DNA from: Alloascoidea hylecoeti
Taxonomy: Eukaryota
Direction: 5' to 3'
Length of the DNA: 64,000 nt
NCBI GenBank assembly: GCA_001600815.1
Contig: BCKZ01000010.1
Location: 681,506 to 745,505, forward strand
The notes beneath the pieces are model-generated. The model ran no database searches. It was not told where the DNA came from and saw nothing but the letters and a program-made list of their open reading frames with translations. Every line of letters starts with the position of its first letter. Position 1 is the stretch's first letter. Below are positions 46,870 to 57,755 of the stretch, one piece after another. Made by a program: the position numbers and the translations under genes.

Positions 46870-47990
46870 TTCAGTAAACGGCTAAAAACGATTGAGCTAT
46901 GGATATGTTTATTTTGATCGTCGATGAACACCTAGACCCCGAGTGAATTATATTTTACCCAGGTTTAAGCAGGTACAGCAAATATGGGCATGATCATGTG
47001 AGCGACTAATGGGTTACGGCCTTTTTGGATAGACATGGTGGGATCGTTTGTAAACCGTCTTTGGTTTTTTATTCGTATATATTCTTTGCAAAGGACAAAG
47101 ATAGTATGCAATTGTGGTTCAAATGGCTGAAATGGTTATGTGATAAAAAGATGCAAACCATGCAACATTTACAATGTGGAAGAGACTGGCTGTATTCTTG
47201 GATGTTGAAAAGTCCAGGGAAGTTATGGTTCTCCCTGGAGCGAACTAGCCACTTGTCTTGAAGGTCATCAACAATTATGTTCCCCTTAAGGTTATTTTTA
47301 AATCAAAAAATGTCTAGAGTGGTCTAAAAATCTCAGACTTGCTCACAAAGTGGTTATACTATAGTCCCTATTTCAATATTAAATGGATCAAAATTCTCTT
47401 CCCCAAAAAAGAGATAAAAGAACCCTCCTCATCTTAAATAGATATTTTCATGAAGCAACTCAGGACTTTTACTTGAGAGTCGAAACTACATGGATCCCAA
47501 AAGGATGGTTTTTTTGATATGGAAAAGCAAGAAATTGGCCTGAAGTAAATCATCTGGTTTTAGATATCCCGACTATAGCTGTCGGTTCTCCAAACTAAAG
47601 GATAAGGGAAGCATTCTGGATGAGGGAAAAAAGGGCCCAAATAGTGAAATAACACTTGTCCAGTTGTCATGAAAAAGCTTGCACTTAATCAGAAAGTGTG
47701 ATGTCAGTGGGAAAATATAGGCAATTATGGAGGAGATCATGATGCATATGAGCTTATTATGAGGGAACTTTACTCACTTATTAGAACACAACCTGATCAA
47801 TGATTTATAATTTACAGATAAGCCCTTTGGCAAAGTATTTGACAGGCAAAGTGGCAATCGTTGCAAGCGTTCCTTGTATTACTAGAGATCCAGTAAAGAA
47901 AATGATTGAAACAATATCAAGGCTAAAAACGCCCAGCTACGAGAAGAGTTGTTATAGAGCGCCTGAAGAAGTTATTACCTGGTTCTCTAC
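46870..47990 (+). mobile_element. Degenerate Fot1/pogo-family (DDE_1) transposase remnant
   Basis: Ordered decayed motifs: ELWI (~46894), WVTAFLDRH (47010), WFKWL, NIYNVEETG (47164-47190; IYNMDETG), VPLKVIFKSK, SQSGYT, KRTLLILNR..H (47416; RLLILDGH). Boundaries are approximate. Confidence 0.7.
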
Positions 47991-48411
47991 TTGACAATCT
48001 ATAAATATACTTATAGGTTCATATTTATTTACTTATTCTTTCGAATTTTAGAAAATTTTGAAAAATATGTCTTGATTTTTGATTTCCATTGGCCAATGAA
48101 TCTACATATATACTCTATATGTACGCACTTCGCCCACTAGTAAGGCCACTACAATTGAATCTTAATGCTAACTATATATTAATATATTCATTATAAACAA
48201 TTATTAATTATAATCTCTAAATGCCATGTTTGGCATGTATTGCAATGGGGGCGTGCATTGATGTCCCTAAACCAACGTTTCATCGATCGATTCCATATAT
48301 GATCTATTGTTTATAAATGTTATAAAACTATGTGAATATAGTTATCGATATATCCGTAGTATAATTACGAAATTCATAAAACAAAGAATATTGATAATTA
48401 TAATTCATATT

Positions 48412-49377
48412 TTAAACAATAGCGTGATTAAAAAGATAGGAAACACTTTCACCATTATGTAATCTTCTGATGGCTTCCGCTAAAGTTGGAGCAATATCAA
48501 TAGTTTTAATTAAAGGACATTCTTTATCCTTTCCATCCAATGGAATTGTATTTGTGCAGACTATTCTTGATAATTTTGATTTGTTCAGCTTTTCAATTGC
48601 ATTACCACTAAAAATACCATGCGTCACTATTGCAATGACTTCTTTTGCACCATTTGATAGTAATGTATCAGCAGCTTTACATAAAGTACCACATGTATCA
48701 GCCATATCATCAATAAGAATACAAATTTGATCACTAACATCACCAACCAAAACCATTTTAGATACTTCATTTGCAACTTGACGTTCTTTATGAATTAACG
48801 CAAAATTTAAGTCCAACTTATCAGCTATCGAAGCTACTCTTTTAGCACCACCGGCATCGGGGGAAACAATAACACTATTCTTGTAATCGATTTCTTCTTT
48901 AATGTATCTTAAAACTGCGGGCTCTGCGTATAGATTATCGACGGGGACTTTAAAGAAGCCTTGAATTTGACTAGCATGTAAATCCATAGTGATAACATGA
49001 TTACATCCAGCAGTTTGAAGTAAATTTGCAACTAACTTTGCTGTTAGTGGAGCTCTACTTTTATCTTTTTTGTCCTGTCTAGCATAGAAATAAGTTGGGA
49101 TGACTGCGGTTATTCTTCTTGCTGATGCTGTTCTACAGGCATGAATCATAATCAACAATTCCATTAAGAAATCATTAATTTCATTTTCTCCACAACCTGT
49201 TTGAATAATATAAACGTCTTCATCTCTAATTGATTCCCCGATCGACACAGCTGATTCTTGATTAGAGTACTGAAACACTCCTACTTTACTAAGTTCAATA
49301 CCTAAGCGTTGACTGACAGCAGCTGCCAATTCTCTATGCGAATTTCCAGCCAATAATTTAATAGAATTAGACGACAT
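48412..49377 (-). CDS. PRS2: Ribose-phosphate pyrophosphokinase (Prs2/Prs4 type)
   Basis: [57 protein letters not shown]. Confidence 0.93.
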   Translation of the reverse strand: MSSNSIKLLAGNSHRELAAAVSQRLGIELSKVGVFQYSNQESAVSIGESIRDEDVYIIQTGCGENEINDFLMELLIMIHACRTASARRITAVIPTYFYARQDKKDKSRAPLTAKLVANLLQTAGCNHVITMDLHASQIQGFFKVPVDNLYAEPAVLRYIKEEIDYKNSVIVSPDAGGAKRVASIADKLDLNFALIHKERQVANEVSKMVLVGDVSDQICILIDDMADTCGTLCKAADTLLSNGAKEVIAIVTHGIFSGNAIEKLNKSKLSRIVCTNTIPLDGKDKECPLIKTIDIAPTLAEAIRRLHNGESVSYLFNHAIV

Positions 49378-49437
49378 CTTATTGAATAATATATTTCATG
49401 GACAAAAAGAAGTTGGATCAAACTTTTGGTGAGGGGT

Positions 49438-49464
49438 GTTACCCGGTTGGTTGTGTATCACGTG
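49438..49464 (+). promoter_or_regulatory. Adjacent Reb1-type (GTTACCCGG) and Cbf1-type (ATCACGTG) sites
   Basis: 49438-49446 and 49457-49464 in the ~220-bp PRS/YET divergent promoter. Confidence 0.55.
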
Positions 49465-49600
49465 TAGACGTCCTGGGTTCATTGTTTGCCGAGTTTCCTT
49501 TTCATTTCTCTTTCTTTTTTACAGTTCACTTGATTTTCAGATTATTCATTGGATCCTTTTTTTCTTTACTTCAGTTATTTGTATCTGATAACTTCAAAAG

Positions 49601-50289
49601 ATGACAATTTACTACTCAATGGTATGTGAATATCTGTATATACATTATTCTTCAATTTTATGGTAGTGGCAATGCTCCATCAACCTTGCAGTTAAGTTCT
49701 AACTTTCATTTGATATATTCAGGTATTCACCATTCTCGTTGCTGAGATGGTATTTTTTATGGTTCTTGCTATTCCTTTACCCCCTAGAATACGAAGAGTC
49801 ATCCTTAATGCTGTCAACAAACCTTTTCAAAATGCAACATTTCAAATCGGTCTTAAGAGTGGTTTGATCTTCGTCTTAATCTTATTTATTGATTCTATCA
49901 ACAGAGTAGTATCTGTTCAACAGGAATTGGATCATGCTAGAGGACCTTCTTCAATTCATGTTGATAGATCTGAGATCCAGGCCCGTCGTTTTTATGCTCA
50001 AAGAAATATGTATTTATGCGGATTTACTTTATTCTTATCATTGATTTTAGAAAGAACATCAAAGTTGGTCTTTGAATTGATTGACACTCAGAATAAATTA
50101 AGATCATTGGGAGTTAAACCAAAATCTTCACCCTCTACTGCACATGCTGCTGAAGAAATTGCAACTTTGAAGGAAAAAATTGCTGAAAGAGAAGAAGCTT
50201 TAAATAATGTTAAATCTCAAGCATCAAGTTTGAGAAAAGAGTATTATAAAGTTAGCGAAGAATTAGATGTAAACAAAATAACTGCATAA
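49601..50289 (+). CDS. YET3: BAP29/BAP31-family ER protein; exons 49601-49621, 49723-50289
   Basis: MTIYYSM|VFTILVAEM, ILFIDSINRV, ARRFYAQRNMYLCGFTLFLSLIL, C-terminal coiled coil. Confidence 0.9.
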
Positions 50290-50860
50290 CTACATATTAT
50301 TATGAAAGGGTGAAATGGGTTGGAAAATATAAATTTGGGATTTAAACTATTTAAATAGGTTATATCATTTGCATATAAATATTAGTAATATTATTATTGA
50401 ATAATCAACCAGGTAGGCTTCATCATATCAATTAGAAATCAATAATTGATCTACAATTCAAATAATTATGCTTGTCATGAATACGTGTCTAAGATCTTTT
50501 ATTCGATATTAAGTTGATATCGATTCTTAGTTATAATAACCATAGTAGTTTTAGGTTTTCTATACTAAATCGTAATAGTGCTAAACTTAACCCCAAATCA
50601 TCCCTACCTAGCTCGCTAGTTCTTTGTAGGTCCGTATTCCCCTCAAATAAACATATATATATAGCTGGGCTCCTCTTTAACCTTACAAGATGTCAGTATG
50701 CATATCAAATCATATTTTAAATCTTATGAAGCACACAAGAAAGGAATTAAATCAAAATATATTTCTAAAATTTGATTTCGAATTCTAACTAAAACATTGA
50801 ACATTAATCATATAAAACACATTATATTATTTGGTATCACAAATTTATTTAACACTATAT

Positions 50861-53800
50861 TCATCTAGCTGACACGATCTTAAATCCTTCACTTAAAGCA
50901 TTTGTAATTGCTTCATTTTTATAGGGTAAAGAATTCAAGACATAAGCAACATCATTCCATTGAGCTTCAGTATCACATCTTGATAATCTTTGAATTAATT
51001 TTTCACATAGTTGTTTTTGATGTTTTTCTTTTTCAATAAATGATAATAAAAATTTAACAATTCTTTTCATTGAATCTTTATTTAAAGTTTCATCATTAAT
51101 TAAACCACTAAAAATATCAATAAATCCATTATAAATTGCATTATCTTTAGTTGATAATTCAGTGAAAAACATTCTTGACATATCTGCCATTTTTTGATCT
51201 TTATGTTCTAAAAATTTTGCCATATGTGATAATTGACCTTTAACTTTAACCTGTCCTGCTAAAATTAAAAATGTAACAATCATTAAACATGTTCTTTGAA
51301 CCATAATATTATCATCATATAATCTTCTATAAATGTAATCTGTATTTTCACCGACTAAATTATTAAAACAAACAGAAATATCACCTAAACCAATTGCAGC
51401 ATTACTTCTAATAATTGGATCTTGTGATCTTTCCATTATTGTTATCAAAACTGGTAAATTTGCTTCACAGTATCTTGAAGATACACACATGAATTTGCAA
51501 AGACATAAAACAGCAGATTTTTGAAGTAATTCATTATTATATTTTGATTTGTTTAAACAAATTTCTCTAACAACATTACCAAATCTTGCTAATAATGATT
51601 TTTCTCCAAATAAAATTTCCTTTTCTTTAATATGTGTAACAGCTTCTGTAAAATCATCTTCTGATGTACCACCAATCATTTCTAATTCATTTGCATCCTC
51701 GCCATTTTTCTTGGACCCTTTTTTAGCTGATTCAAGTTCAATTTTTCGTCTTTTAAATTCAGTTTCTGCTTCCTCAAGTTTTATTACTGTTTTAATAGCA
51801 GTGTGTCCAGTTATAAATAACAATTGAGCTAAAGCCTGTAATCTCTCTTTACTTGAGATAGTAGTAGTTCCAAAAACAGCTGTTGTTTTTTCTTTAATTA
51901 ATTGAGAACTAACATCATCCGGAGTTTGACAAACTGCATATATACAGTCAATAGCCTCTTCTGCTAATGGATACCATTGTGTATCATCAGAATATTCTAA
52001 CAAAATTGAAGTTAATAATTGTATTGTTTGATGATCTGAAGTCATTTGATATGCTTTCTTAGATGCAATTTCTTTTTTCTTTTGTACTTTTGCAGTTGGT
52101 ACAACTCTTTGTAAAGCAATACAAGAGAAACGAGCTAATTGTAAATCTTCTTTCCCTTTAGGTCCTAAACCAATACGTAACAAAGCATCAAGTCCTTTTA
52201 TAGAAATTTCATTATCAGCTAAAGCTAGCATACCTAAGATAATTATAGCTCCTCTTCTTTGTAAAATTGAAAAATCTTGTTTTTGAAAACTATAAATATC
52301 CCATAACATTTTAACAACATTATCAGAAACCAATTTTTTATCCATCATTAAACATAATAAACGTTCTAATGAAGTTAATTCAGCAGTTGTTGTACCATAT
52401 GTTAAACTAATTAAATTTTTTGAAATATAAGCAGCAGCTTCTAATTCAGTTGCATCATCAGGAGCAACGAAATATAAAGTTTGATAACATTCAATTAAAT
52501 GTTCAGCAATTGCTTGTCCTTCTTCATTACTACCACTAAGCCAGACTAGATGTAACATTTTTCTAATACCTTTTGGAGAATTTTGAATTGCAAATGCATC
52601 AGAAATTATAAAAATATCCATTGCTTCCCTAATTTCAGATTTATTTTTACCAGATAATAAATCTGAACAACTATCTAAACCTTGTTCTACGTTTTGAATG
52701 AATTTAATAGCATCTGTAATATATTTGGCGGTTAATTTTAGTTTCATCAATTTTTCATTTTCTTGATCATTTAAATCATTTGAATCATTTGCTTCATTTG
52801 GTTGTTGATTTTCATTTGTTTCTAAAGAATTTTGTTGTTCTTCTTCATTTTCTGGTCGAGGAGTAACATTTTCAGATTCTAGTTCCAATTGTTTGATTTC
52901 TTTATTAACACCAATTAATCTTTTCCCCCATACTTTTCCATTTAATTGAGTACCATATAACATTCCAAAAGGATGAGTTAAAATTAATTTTGCTAATAAT
53001 TTAATACTATTTCTCCTAACAAAAGAACTTTTATCATTTAAACCATTAATTGCCAATTCAGTTATATGATGTCGCCTATTTGTAAATTTAACATCTAAAT
53101 CACATAATTTTGATAATATTTGAGCGGATTTCATTCTAACATAAGGATTTATATCCATAAATCTTTCTTCAATAATATCAAAATATTGATCAATTTGAGA
53201 ATTATGATTTTGTAAATCAGATTCATTATTAGATAAATCAATAATTATATTTCCACAAACTTCAACAACAGCAGATCTTAAATTATAGGCATTATTATCT
53301 AATAATTTAACTAATAAAGTCATTTGTTTCATTACTAATTTTGGAATTAGTTCAGATAATTTTGTTATAAAAGCAGCAATTGATTTAGGACCAGTACTAT
53401 CATTTGAATTAAAAGTTTTATTTGAAACTTCTTGTAATAATTCTTCAGTTAATTGTTGATGATCATAATGATCATTTAATATTTGTAAGAATTCAGCAGT
53501 ATAATCAGTTAAATGAACAAAATAAGTTAAATTTTGAATAATTGATATTAGGGCATCAGAAGCATGACCATGATATTTAATAGCCATACATAATATTTTA
53601 AAAATATGCATTCTTAAAGTTGTTGATTTCATTCTATTTTCATTTTCCATTAATATATAGATTGGTCTTGTAAACAAACCAATATATAAATCTCTTTCAG
53701 GAGTTGTAACAAACAATTTTGATAATTTTATTTTAAAAACATAAGTAGTTGAATCCATAATTAGTTCAATTTGTTTACAATTATGATTAAAAGCCTCACT

Positions 53801-54208
53801 TCCTTTCCTCTTACCGGTTGTGGAATTAAAAGGGATATCTTGTATTGATAACTTCTTTAATAATATGTGAGTAAGAAAACCATACATTTCTAAATATTGT
53901 TTATATTCTTCAATTGGTATATTTTCGGAAGATTCTAAAGATTGAAACAAAGATTCAGCTATTGTTCTAAAAGCAGAAGTGATAAGATCCACCAGTTGAT
54001 TCTGATGTTTTTTGGAAAGATCAAGATAAGATAATGCTAAATCTAAAAGTGGTTGAAAAACCTCAGATCTAGAAACCGCTTCCGAAGTTAAGGCCAACTC
54101 ATTGGTTGCCTCTTGAAGAAGAGACTCAGCTTCATCGACATCGTTAGAAGAGGTGAGTTTTTCAGATTGAAACTCGTTTAGAGATTCACTTAAAGAAAAC
54201 TGATCCAT
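50861..54208 (-). CDS. YCS4: Condensin HEAT subunit Ycs4/Cnd1 (CAP-D2)
   Basis: ERFMDINPYVR, DKSSFVRRNSIKL, ELEMIGGTSEDDF, IRSNAAIGLGD, TFLILAGQVKVKGQL. Start taken at MDQFSL. Confidence 0.95.
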   Translation of the reverse strand: MDQFSLSESLNEFQSEKLTSSNDVDEAESLLQEATNELALTSEAVSRSEVFQPLLDLALSYLDLSKKHQNQLVDLITSAFRTIAESLFQSLESSENIPIEEYKQYLEMYGFLTHILLKKLSIQDIPFNSTTGKRKGSEAFNHNCKQIELIMDSTTYVFKIKLSKLFVTTPERDLYIGLFTRPIYILMENENRMKSTTLRMHIFKILCMAIKYHGHASDALISIIQNLTYFVHLTDYTAEFLQILNDHYDHQQLTEELLQEVSNKTFNSNDSTGPKSIAAFITKLSELIPKLVMKQMTLLVKLLDNNAYNLRSAVVEVCGNIIIDLSNNESDLQNHNSQIDQYFDIIEERFMDINPYVRMKSAQILSKLCDLDVKFTNRRHHITELAINGLNDKSSFVRRNSIKLLAKLILTHPFGMLYGTQLNGKVWGKRLIGVNKEIKQLELESENVTPRPENEEEQQNSLETNENQQPNEANDSNDLNDQENEKLMKLKLTAKYITDAIKFIQNVEQGLDSCSDLLSGKNKSEIREAMDIFIISDAFAIQNSPKGIRKMLHLVWLSGSNEEGQAIAEHLIECYQTLYFVAPDDATELEAAAYISKNLISLTYGTTTAELTSLERLLCLMMDKKLVSDNVVKMLWDIYSFQKQDFSILQRRGAIIILGMLALADNEISIKGLDALLRIGLGPKGKEDLQLARFSCIALQRVVPTAKVQKKKEIASKKAYQMTSDHQTIQLLTSILLEYSDDTQWYPLAEEAIDCIYAVCQTPDDVSSQLIKEKTTAVFGTTTISSKERLQALAQLLFITGHTAIKTVIKLEEAETEFKRRKIELESAKKGSKKNGEDANELEMIGGTSEDDFTEAVTHIKEKEILFGEKSLLARFGNVVREICLNKSKYNNELLQKSAVLCLCKFMCVSSRYCEANLPVLITIMERSQDPIIRSNAAIGLGDISVCFNNLVGENTDYIYRRLYDDNIMVQRTCLMIVTFLILAGQVKVKGQLSHMAKFLEHKDQKMADMSRMFFTELSTKDNAIYNGFIDIFSGLINDETLNKDSMKRIVKFLLSFIEKEKHQKQLCEKLIQRLSRCDTEAQWNDVAYVLNSLPYKNEAITNALSEGFKIVSAR

Positions 54209-54262
54209 TTTGTTTTTATTTTCAGAGAAGATGCGAAAATGTTCAAAGAAAGTGAATTTCAA

Positions 54263-54285
54263 TGTTTACAAGTTGTCATGGCAAC
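54263..54285. promoter_or_regulatory. Forkhead site (TGTTTAC) next to an RFX X-box (GTTGTCATGGCAAC)
   Basis: 54263-54269 and 54272-54285, 55-77 bp upstream of YCS4. The X-box is one mismatch from the GTTGCCATGGCAAC palindrome. Confidence 0.6.
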
Positions 54286-54286
54286 A

Positions 54287-54318
54287 GGTGTATGGGTGTA
54301 TGGGTGTATGGGTGTATG
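54287..54318. repeat. (GGTGTATG)4 perfect tandem repeat, Rap1-site/telomere-like
   Basis: Four exact 8-bp units; the minus strand reads (CATACACC)4, containing ACACCCATACA. Confidence 0.9.
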
Positions 54319-54809
54319 TCTGATAGAGAGAAGTTGTTATCTATCTGAATGAATGTAACGTAATTATACCAAAAAAAAGCATCAATTCTTCTTGTTTAAC
54401 GGGAATTCCTCATTTTCATTTTCATTTTCATTTTCATTGCAGATCCTTCGACATTCATCTTCGCCATTTAAATCTGTCACTGCAAGTCTGAAAAACAGCA
54501 GAATCCGGAAGTTGGCGCCGGGATGGAATAATTATAAGTTTCACCGAGTCAGACTCTGTGATTCATATTAATATTAATATTAGCGTTTAGATTTAACTGC
54601 AACTGATAACAAACAATATAAAACTGTTATCCCCGACTCGGCCACCGGCGGCTCGGATCAATGAGGAACGAGTAATGGGTAAAGAAGAAAAAGCGTTTGT
54701 CCGAAGTGTGTAGCATCTCTTTGTGTTATTAATATTATTTATTTCTATAGTATAAATACCCCAAGCTCTCCGCTTAAAACTATAATTGCAATTGTGTCTC
54801 TAAACTAAA

Positions 54810-56477
54810 ATGACTTCCTTATCTAATGTCCAGATTTTGGCCTCTATTCCTTCTTCAGGAGAATATCCCACTTCTCCTTCTGATATCCTAACTAAATCTG
54901 CTCTAAAGTTCATCACTTTGCTCCACAGAACTTTTAATTCTACAAGAAAACAGCTTCTTGAAGAACGAAAGAAATTTCAAGCATCCATTGACAAAGGTGA
55001 ATATCCAAACTTCTTACACGAAACGAAACAAATCCGTGATGATGTCTCATGGCAAGGTGCAATTCCTGCTCCTGGTTTAATCGATAGAAGAGCTGAAATT
55101 ACTGGTCCTCCTGATAGAAAGATGATTGTTAATGCCTTAAATTCTTCGGTTTATACATATATGTCCGATTTTGAAGATAGTTGTTCTCCAACTTGGTCAA
55201 ATATGATTTGGGGTCAAGCGCATTTATTTGACGCCATCAGACAACAAGTTGATTTTAAAGCTTCAAATGGTAAAACATATGCAGTTAACAGAGATGGAAG
55301 ACATGTCCCAACTCTAATTATCAGACCAAGAGGTTGGCATATGGTTGAAAAACATCTTTTAATTGATGGAGAACCAATCTCTGCTTCAATTTTCGATTTT
55401 GGTCTATACTTTTTTCATAATGCAAAAGAATTAATTAGTAGAGGTGCAGGTCCTTATTTTTACTTGCCAAAAATGGAATCTTATTTAGAAGCAAGATTAT
55501 GGAATGATATTTTTAATGTTTCTCAAGATTATTTATCAATTCCAAGAGGTACAATAAGAGCAACTGTTTTAATTGAAACACTTCCTGCTGCTTTTCAAAT
55601 GGAAGAAATTATTTTTGAATTAAGACAACATTCATCTGGCTTAAATTGTGGTAGATGGGATTATATTTTTTCAACAATTAAACAATTAAGAAATCATGAT
55701 TCTCATATTTTACCTGATCGTAGTGATGTTACAATGTCTGTTCATTTTATGGCTTCATATGTTAAACAATTAATTCTAGTTTGTCACAAAAGAGGTGTAC
55801 ATGCAATGGGTGGTATGGCCGCTCAAATTCCAATTAAAAATGATCCTAAAGCAAATTCAATTGCAATGGAAAAAGTTGAAAAGGATAAATTGAGAGAAGT
55901 TAAAGCTGGTCATGATGGTACTTGGGTTGCCCATCCTGCTTTGGCTTCTATTGCAACTAATATATTTGATAAATATATGCCAACTCCAAATCAGTTATTT
56001 TATAGACCTGAGCTCACATCATCAAACTATGTTCGAATCAATTCGACTGATTTAGTTAATACTAATATTCCAGATGGTAAAATTACAGAATCTGGAATAA
56101 GGCTTAACTTATATATTGGTCTATGTTATATGGAAGCATGGTTACGTGGTTCAGGCTGTGTACCAATTAATTCATTAATGGAAGATGCCGCAACAGCAGA
56201 AGTTTCACGGTGTCAATTATATCAATGGGTTAAAAATAATGTAATAACAAATGATACAAGTAAAAAAATAACACCTGAACTAAATGAGAAACTTTTATGG
56301 GAAGAAGTTAAAAAATTAGAAAAAATTGCACCAGAAGGTAATAAATTTCAATTAGCTGCTAAATATTTCTTACCTGAAATAAGAGGTGAAAAGTTCAGTG
56401 ATTTTTTAACTACTTTATTATATGATGAGATTGTTGAAGTTGGACCAAAACTTGATTTGAATACGTTAAAACCATAG
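54810..56477 (+). CDS. MLS1: Malate synthase A (glyoxylate cycle)
   Basis: [64 protein letters not shown]. Confidence 0.97.
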   Translation: MTSLSNVQILASIPSSGEYPTSPSDILTKSALKFITLLHRTFNSTRKQLLEERKKFQASIDKGEYPNFLHETKQIRDDVSWQGAIPAPGLIDRRAEITGPPDRKMIVNALNSSVYTYMSDFEDSCSPTWSNMIWGQAHLFDAIRQQVDFKASNGKTYAVNRDGRHVPTLIIRPRGWHMVEKHLLIDGEPISASIFDFGLYFFHNAKELISRGAGPYFYLPKMESYLEARLWNDIFNVSQDYLSIPRGTIRATVLIETLPAAFQMEEIIFELRQHSSGLNCGRWDYIFSTIKQLRNHDSHILPDRSDVTMSVHFMASYVKQLILVCHKRGVHAMGGMAAQIPIKNDPKANSIAMEKVEKDKLREVKAGHDGTWVAHPALASIATNIFDKYMPTPNQLFYRPELTSSNYVRINSTDLVNTNIPDGKITESGIRLNLYIGLCYMEAWLRGSGCVPINSLMEDAATAEVSRCQLYQWVKNNVITNDTSKKITPELNEKLLWEEVKKLEKIAPEGNKFQLAAKYFLPEIRGEKFSDFLTTLLYDEIVEVGPKLDLNTLKP

Positions 56478-56813
56478 ATTTATATACCTTACATATATTA
56501 TAAGGTTACACTTTAAGTTTGACTTAGAGTTTATATGAAATATACTATAATTATGACCAACCCTTTTTCATTTATTCATATATTCAGATAAAACACTTAA
56601 CGAATATATTTCATATTTATATTTATATTTATAGAAACGTAAATAAATACAAGTTTTATGACAGAAAATTTAATGATCAGCATGAATATTGTTATGACAA
56701 CGGGTCAAAGGGTTTTCCAACTCCATCACCACTGTTCTATGTCAAATAGATTAACACAACAACCTGCCACCGCACATTCCTGATCAGCCCGGCACAACTT
56801 AATAATTTCACTC

Positions 56814-57755
56814 ATGGACGAGACGCAGTTCTTCGATCACGATCAGGATCAAGAGTTGGATACCCTAGTCCACTCCCAACCAGAGTACTCCATCAGAGTA
56901 ACGCCTTTCATCGATCATTCCCTAGCTTCCATACCACTCACCTTCAGAACAGTAGAACGTCAGTGTTTGCCCGGCACAAAAATCCCTGTTGGTCGACATG
57001 CCCCTTCAAATGGATTGGGGTTGGCATTCAGATCAAAGGTTGTCTCACGTTCCCACGCTGAACTAACGGTGGATGAGCAAGGTAGATGGTATCTGCGGGA
57101 TGTCGGCAGCTCCAGTGGTACTTTTCTTAATCACGTGCGTATGGGTAATCAATCAACAGAACTTCACGATCAAGATGTTGTTCAATTAGGAATTGATTTT
57201 AGAGGAGGTACTGAGGAAATATACAAATGTGTAAGAATGAGAATTGAATTAAATGCGTCCTGGCATCGTGCACGTTCTAAATTTAATACCCAAGCTTTAC
57301 ACCAAGTTATGGCTTTAAATCAACTGGGTAATCCAAAAGCAACGGTTAATAGTAATAACATTGGTCTGGATTGTGCTATATGTTTACAAAAGATGGGTGC
57401 ATGTCAACCACTATTCTTCGCCCCATGTTCTCATAGTTGGCATTACAAATGTATTAGACCTCTGATTATTAAAGCTTATCCAATTTTTACATGTCCAAAT
57501 TGTCGAGCCATAATAGATTTAGAAGAAGACACAGATCCTGAACCAGAACCAACACCCGAAGAAATTCCAATACTTGTACACAATGTTCAGCTTTTTCGGC
57601 CTGATGGGAGGCCTCTCTCCCCACATCCAATCGCAATGGCAACTGGGAGTGAAAACACAAATGAAAATGAAACCGAAAATGCAGGGTCCAATGCAGGGAC
57701 AGGACAATCCCCTGAAAAGGAAGAATGGACACGATTGGGTGCCTGTCGATTTTAA
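56814..57755 (+). CDS. DMA1: FHA-RING-H2 E3 ligase Dma1/Dma2 (Chfr-like)
   Basis: FHA (VGR, FRSKVVSRSHAE, DVGSSSGTFLN, QLGIDFRGG.EEIYKCV) plus CAICL..CSHSWHYKCIRPL..CPNCR. Confidence 0.92.
   Translation: MDETQFFDHDQDQELDTLVHSQPEYSIRVTPFIDHSLASIPLTFRTVERQCLPGTKIPVGRHAPSNGLGLAFRSKVVSRSHAELTVDEQGRWYLRDVGSSSGTFLNHVRMGNQSTELHDQDVVQLGIDFRGGTEEIYKCVRMRIELNASWHRARSKFNTQALHQVMALNQLGNPKATVNSNNIGLDCAICLQKMGACQPLFFAPCSHSWHYKCIRPLIIKAYPIFTCPNCRAIIDLEEDTDPEPEPTPEEIPILVHNVQLFRPDGRPLSPHPIAMATGSENTNENETENAGSNAGTGQSPEKEEWTRLGACRF

Noticed and set aside
50470..50740. LTR-like composition between YET3 and YCS4; similar impression at about 6140-6430
   Set aside because: No convincing inverted termini with matching target-site duplication.
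57080..57105. Alternative yeast genetic code (CUG-Ser or CUG-Ala)
   Set aside because: CTG falls at conserved hydrophobic positions (DMA1 WYLRDV, SCS2 LAFKV), consistent with Leu; the sample is small.
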